Shown: positions 60,054 to 64,000 of the stretch, piece by piece
Layout of the letters: each line of letters opens with the position of its first letter
Position numbering within the stretch: position 1 is the stretch's first letter
Origin: Fistulifera solaris
Taxonomy: Eukaryota
Direction: 5' to 3'
Length of the DNA stretch: 64,000 nt
Assembly (NCBI GenBank): GCA_030295235.1
Contig: AP026156.1
Span: forward strand, 62,001-126,000
The notes under the pieces: generated by a model
What the model was told of the DNA's origin: nothing
What the model saw: the letters and a program-made list of their open reading frames with translations, nothing else
Databases searched by the model: none
Position numbers and translations under genes: made by a program

Positions 60054-63000
60054 ATGAATCAAGGCAAACCGACTGTCGTCAAGAACCCTTACGCGAAAAC
60101 CAGCAATCCTTACGTGAAAGCCAACAATCCTTACTCGAAGTCATCGACCAGCCATACTACAAATAAAGTTCCTCTCTCAACTGCTTCGTCACTGACTACT
60201 GCTGTGAAAAAGTCAGACGTTCCTCCTCCGAAAGCGAAAGAAATGCCGAAACCGGAAGTACCGAAGAACCCAAATGCAGCCAAGCCCACGGAGACGCGCA
60301 CATTCGACAAAAAGAATCCTCCGTCTCTAAAAATGAAACTCAAAAAAGAAATTGAAGACCTCAAGAAACACCAGCAACGTCAAAAAGAGCGACTGGAAGC
60401 AGAACGGCATCGACGAAAGTTAGAGAAACAAAAGCGAAAGCAGGAAGCAGAGCAGTTGAAGCAATTAGAGGAACGACGAAAGCAGGAAGACGAAGTCAAG
60501 CAACATCCAACACTGCCGACACCATCATCGAAGAAAACAGCCAATGCTCATGTCACGCCGTCGCCTCACTTTGAGCAGTCTAAAGAAAGTTACGTCAACA
60601 GTCACCCAAATAAAATGTGCACCCAGAATCCTCCCGAGACTCCTTTTATGAATTCAAAAGCTGCGAGTAACTCACTAGAAAACGCCCAATTGGATGCTAT
60701 TGCAAAGCTGGAAAATCACGGATCGTCGACTCATCCCTTTGCTAAGCCGTCAATGCATTCTCATGGAACAGCTCCGTTTGTCGCACCCACTGCTGCACCG
60801 CATCCTCCCACCACAGCCCTTGCCGCTCCACCTGAAATTCGTTCGCATCATGAACATCCGTTGATTGCCAATTCTATGTCACATCCCTTGTGGATCGAAC
60901 CATCATCTGTCTCAAACACAAGCTATGGCAACAATCCGTTCGCGTTTGCATCCAGCAACAATTTGATTCCGCAGATAGTGCAATCAAATCCATTTGCACA
61001 TCCGATGCCCGACGCAGCAGCAATGTATTCGAATCCCTACGCGTTCTCTTCGGGTCCCTGGATGCCCACGTGGCAGCAAGCCGTGTATCAGCTTCAGCAA
61101 CAACAGCTGCAGCACTTTTACTACGGCGCCCCTCCCACAAATATCTTGACGGCTCCTATGAATCCCTGGACCATGACCATGGTCGCGGCTTCGATGGGCC
61201 AGGGATTGCCACAGGCACAGTCCGTCCGGCGGACTCAGAAAAAGAAGACTCCTTCGCAGCAGCAAGATTGGCGCCTCATTTCGACTCCTTGTCGTTCTCC
61301 CTCACCATTTGCCCGCACTCATGAGATCTTGCCGTATTCGATCGTCATGGTCAAGCATGCCCAGGATCACAAAGGTTTTGGTGTGACCTTGAAGAAGGTT
61401 GCCGAATGCGCTCTCGTTGGTTTTGATGAGTGGCCGATGCACGAATTGGTCCCCAGCGAAACAACGAAAGGAGTCAAAGCAGAAATGACAAATACCCGTG
61501 TTTCTGCTTCTAAAGAGAACAAAGTTGCGGTCAGTGACGTGAATGAAATCGATAATGCCGAAAACGCAGATCCACAGGGCCACCAGAATGGCTCAGTAGA
61601 GATGATCGACGCAGCAAACGATTCCAATGAACACCCAAAGGATGATCGCCTCGCAGTCTTGGATACATGCCTAAAAGTTACGCAAAACGATGCCACGATG
61701 GCGGCCAGTTCTTCGACCGCCGTCTCAGATAGCCCAAATGCAACTGTAGCGTCCTCATTGATACCCGACGAACGCGACGCCACAGATGCGACTCCTCTAG
61801 CGGCCACTTCGGTTTGGATACAAGTCAGACCGTGGCAGACAACGACACTACAATGCATGAAACGCTTTTCGATCCGTTAGAACCAATGATTATCGATTCG
61901 ACGACAGAAGCCTCTCATCCTTCTCAAAGCTCATCATCTCTTGTGCCTACCGAAAGCGTCAATGGGTCTTCTGCCATTTCCGCTTCTATCGGAAATCAAT
62001 TAATCGCAGACCAAGGGAAAATGGATGAAGCACCTACCCAACAGTCAACGTTACTTGGGGACAAGTTGATTCCCGATTCGTCTGAACCGTCGCCCTCATT
62101 GACAAAGACTGAGCTGAAAGATTCGAGTCCCATTAATACCTCGTCCTTAGCAGAAGCTTTGCAAAGCAGTCACGATCGACAACGCAAACGCCGGCGTCTT
62201 TTCTTCTGTGCCATGGAGGTTTTGAATGTGACAGAGCAAAACCAGCGATCCCATCCTTTGAAAGACTCGAACATGCAATTGCAAGAAGGAGATATTATTC
62301 TTACAATTCAGGGCGAACAAACGGGACGAAAGTCGTTTGACGATGCTGTCAAGATGTTTGCTTCTGTTACTGCTGTCGGCGACGACGGATTTATCCAGTG
62401 TGTGGTCACTGTGGCTCGCCGAAAGAAAGTAGCTCCGCCACCAGCCCGCCTTCCAAAATACATTCCATCGATCATGAAAAACGGTTCATCTCCTCTTACT
62501 GAACTTGATTACAAAGCTCTAGCTGCAGCTATGATTGATGTTGCGAGAAATCAAAACCGGCTTTTGGGCAATGTCCTTAGCCCAAACTTCATGAATGAGT
62601 TGTTCCAAGCTTGTTCATTGCTATCTACACGTACTGCGGATTACTTGATTTCTTCTTGGGAGGCCATAGTTGAGAGAATCAAGCGGGAAATGAGACGAAG
62701 AGCTGCTGAGCATTGGGCATCGAAATGGCAACTTGAAACAGCGGAAATCAAGGCCTCGACCAAATCGCCCTTGTCGGACGCTCAAAGAAGTTCACGTAGA
62801 GCACGACCGAGACCGGCGAGGGGCTGCCGCTGCGGAAGTCAGGAGCACGAATACGTCAACGACCCAAATTGCCCACTGTACAGCAACCTCAGACGTCTAA
62901 AGAACAATGACTTGGCGGAAGAGGTTGAACCGAAGTCTAATCGCCCTAAGATTAAAGGTCCAAAAGATTTGAATGCTGTGGAGAAAGCGTTTAAGGAAAG

Positions 63001-64000
63001 GTTCATTCGAATGAAAGAAGAAGAGGCAGCCCTTGAAGCAGAAGCCGCGTTCGTTGGAGAAATGGAGACCATTCAACTTGAGAAATGCGGCATGGCAATC
63101 TTCGCTCCAGGAAGTCTTGCTGCGATGGTTCTATCTGCCGTATCCGAAGTAGAGCCAATGTTTCATGGCCGGCAGGTAGCCCGACCACTTGAACATAAAG
63201 AAGTGCCGAAATTAGCTGAAAAAGAGGCCAAGGACGATTCCGACGACGACGATGATGATGACGTTCCTCTCACCTCTTTGGGAAAGCGAAGTGCAAATGA
63301 AGCTACTCCGTCTCATAAGAAGAAGACGAAAGCAGAACCGCAAATTCCTTTGGATTATCTGATTTCGCTGATTCGATATGTGTGTTCGAGATGGGGACAC
63401 GTCTATCGGGAACCCTCTGAGCTAGACTACGCATGGTAAGTTACCGGTCGCGTTTCTTTCACAACATCACCGTCCATATCATGTTCTGAAACTCAAATGA
63501 TGTATCTGTTTTGTAGGAGATGGGAAGTTTATCATGGTCAGTTTTCACTGGCAGATTCGACAACCGCGTGTAAGAATCCTAGACGCGCGGGCGCTTTGAG
63601 CTTGGAGCAAGTATCCTTTTTATTCGATACTGAATTGGTGAATGAAATTGAGAATTGCAATGGGCTTCTAACGAACTTATCAATGAACACTCTAAACATC
63701 GCTGCGTTCGCTGTGCTACCTTCTGCGACCGGAGTCATCGATGAGCTTTACGCTTTATTGCGTAGTTCTATCCTCACGTTAAATGAAGCCGGTATTCCCC
63801 AACTGGCTCCGCAATGGTTCGCCAACGTCGATGTTCTGCTTTTGGATGATATGGACTCTTATTGGGGCATTCGAGCTGACCCAACTGGGAAATTTGGCAT
63901 GTCGCAACACCTTCGTGCAACGCTCCATCGTGAATGGAAAAAGACCGATGAGGGATGGATTTTGGTGAACGAAGATCCTTACGATGTGGTGTACGAATTT
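60054..64000 (+). CDS. Large hypothetical protein (NPY repeats, coiled coil, PDZ-like domain, Cys/His motif); continues beyond the window
   Basis: Long ORFs 60039-61880 and 61814-63439 overlap by a frameshift. Intron starts at 63436 (GTAAGT) with an acceptor near 63517. Motifs GFGVTL, LQEGDIILTIQG, GCRCGSQEHEYVNDPNCPLY. Confidence 0.7.

Overview
Nuclear DNA of a raphid pennate diatom, judged from the 18S sequence, bipartite plastid leaders and short GT-AG introns. It is gene-dense. From left to right: the 5' end of a glutaredoxin-like gene; SART1; one complete rDNA unit (18S-ITS1-5.8S-ITS2-28S, minus strand) with no second copy in the window; HPPK-DHPS; two hypothetical membrane proteins; a Trp-repeat/mucin-like type I membrane protein; two tandem GT61-like glycosyltransferases; four OSCA/CSC1/TMEM63 channel paralogs as two divergent tandem pairs around GT90, acnB and psbU; a plastid FBPase-like gene; a GT34-like gene; a monoglyceride lipase; a TPR protein; a leader-bearing UBE2W-like E2; COX6B; an atypical SDR; and a large PDZ-like protein running off the end. 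Most genes carry single-base indels, nearly all in homopolymer runs. These are best read as unpolished long-read errors, so gene models were rebuilt by eye across them. The most interesting signals are an FBPase that keeps its sugar-phosphate binding residues but has lost its metal/catalytic residues, the OSCA cluster whose paralogs differ at the membrane hook, the solitary rDNA unit, and the signal peptide + LRGG E2. All family calls are from motif recognition only; no database search was run.
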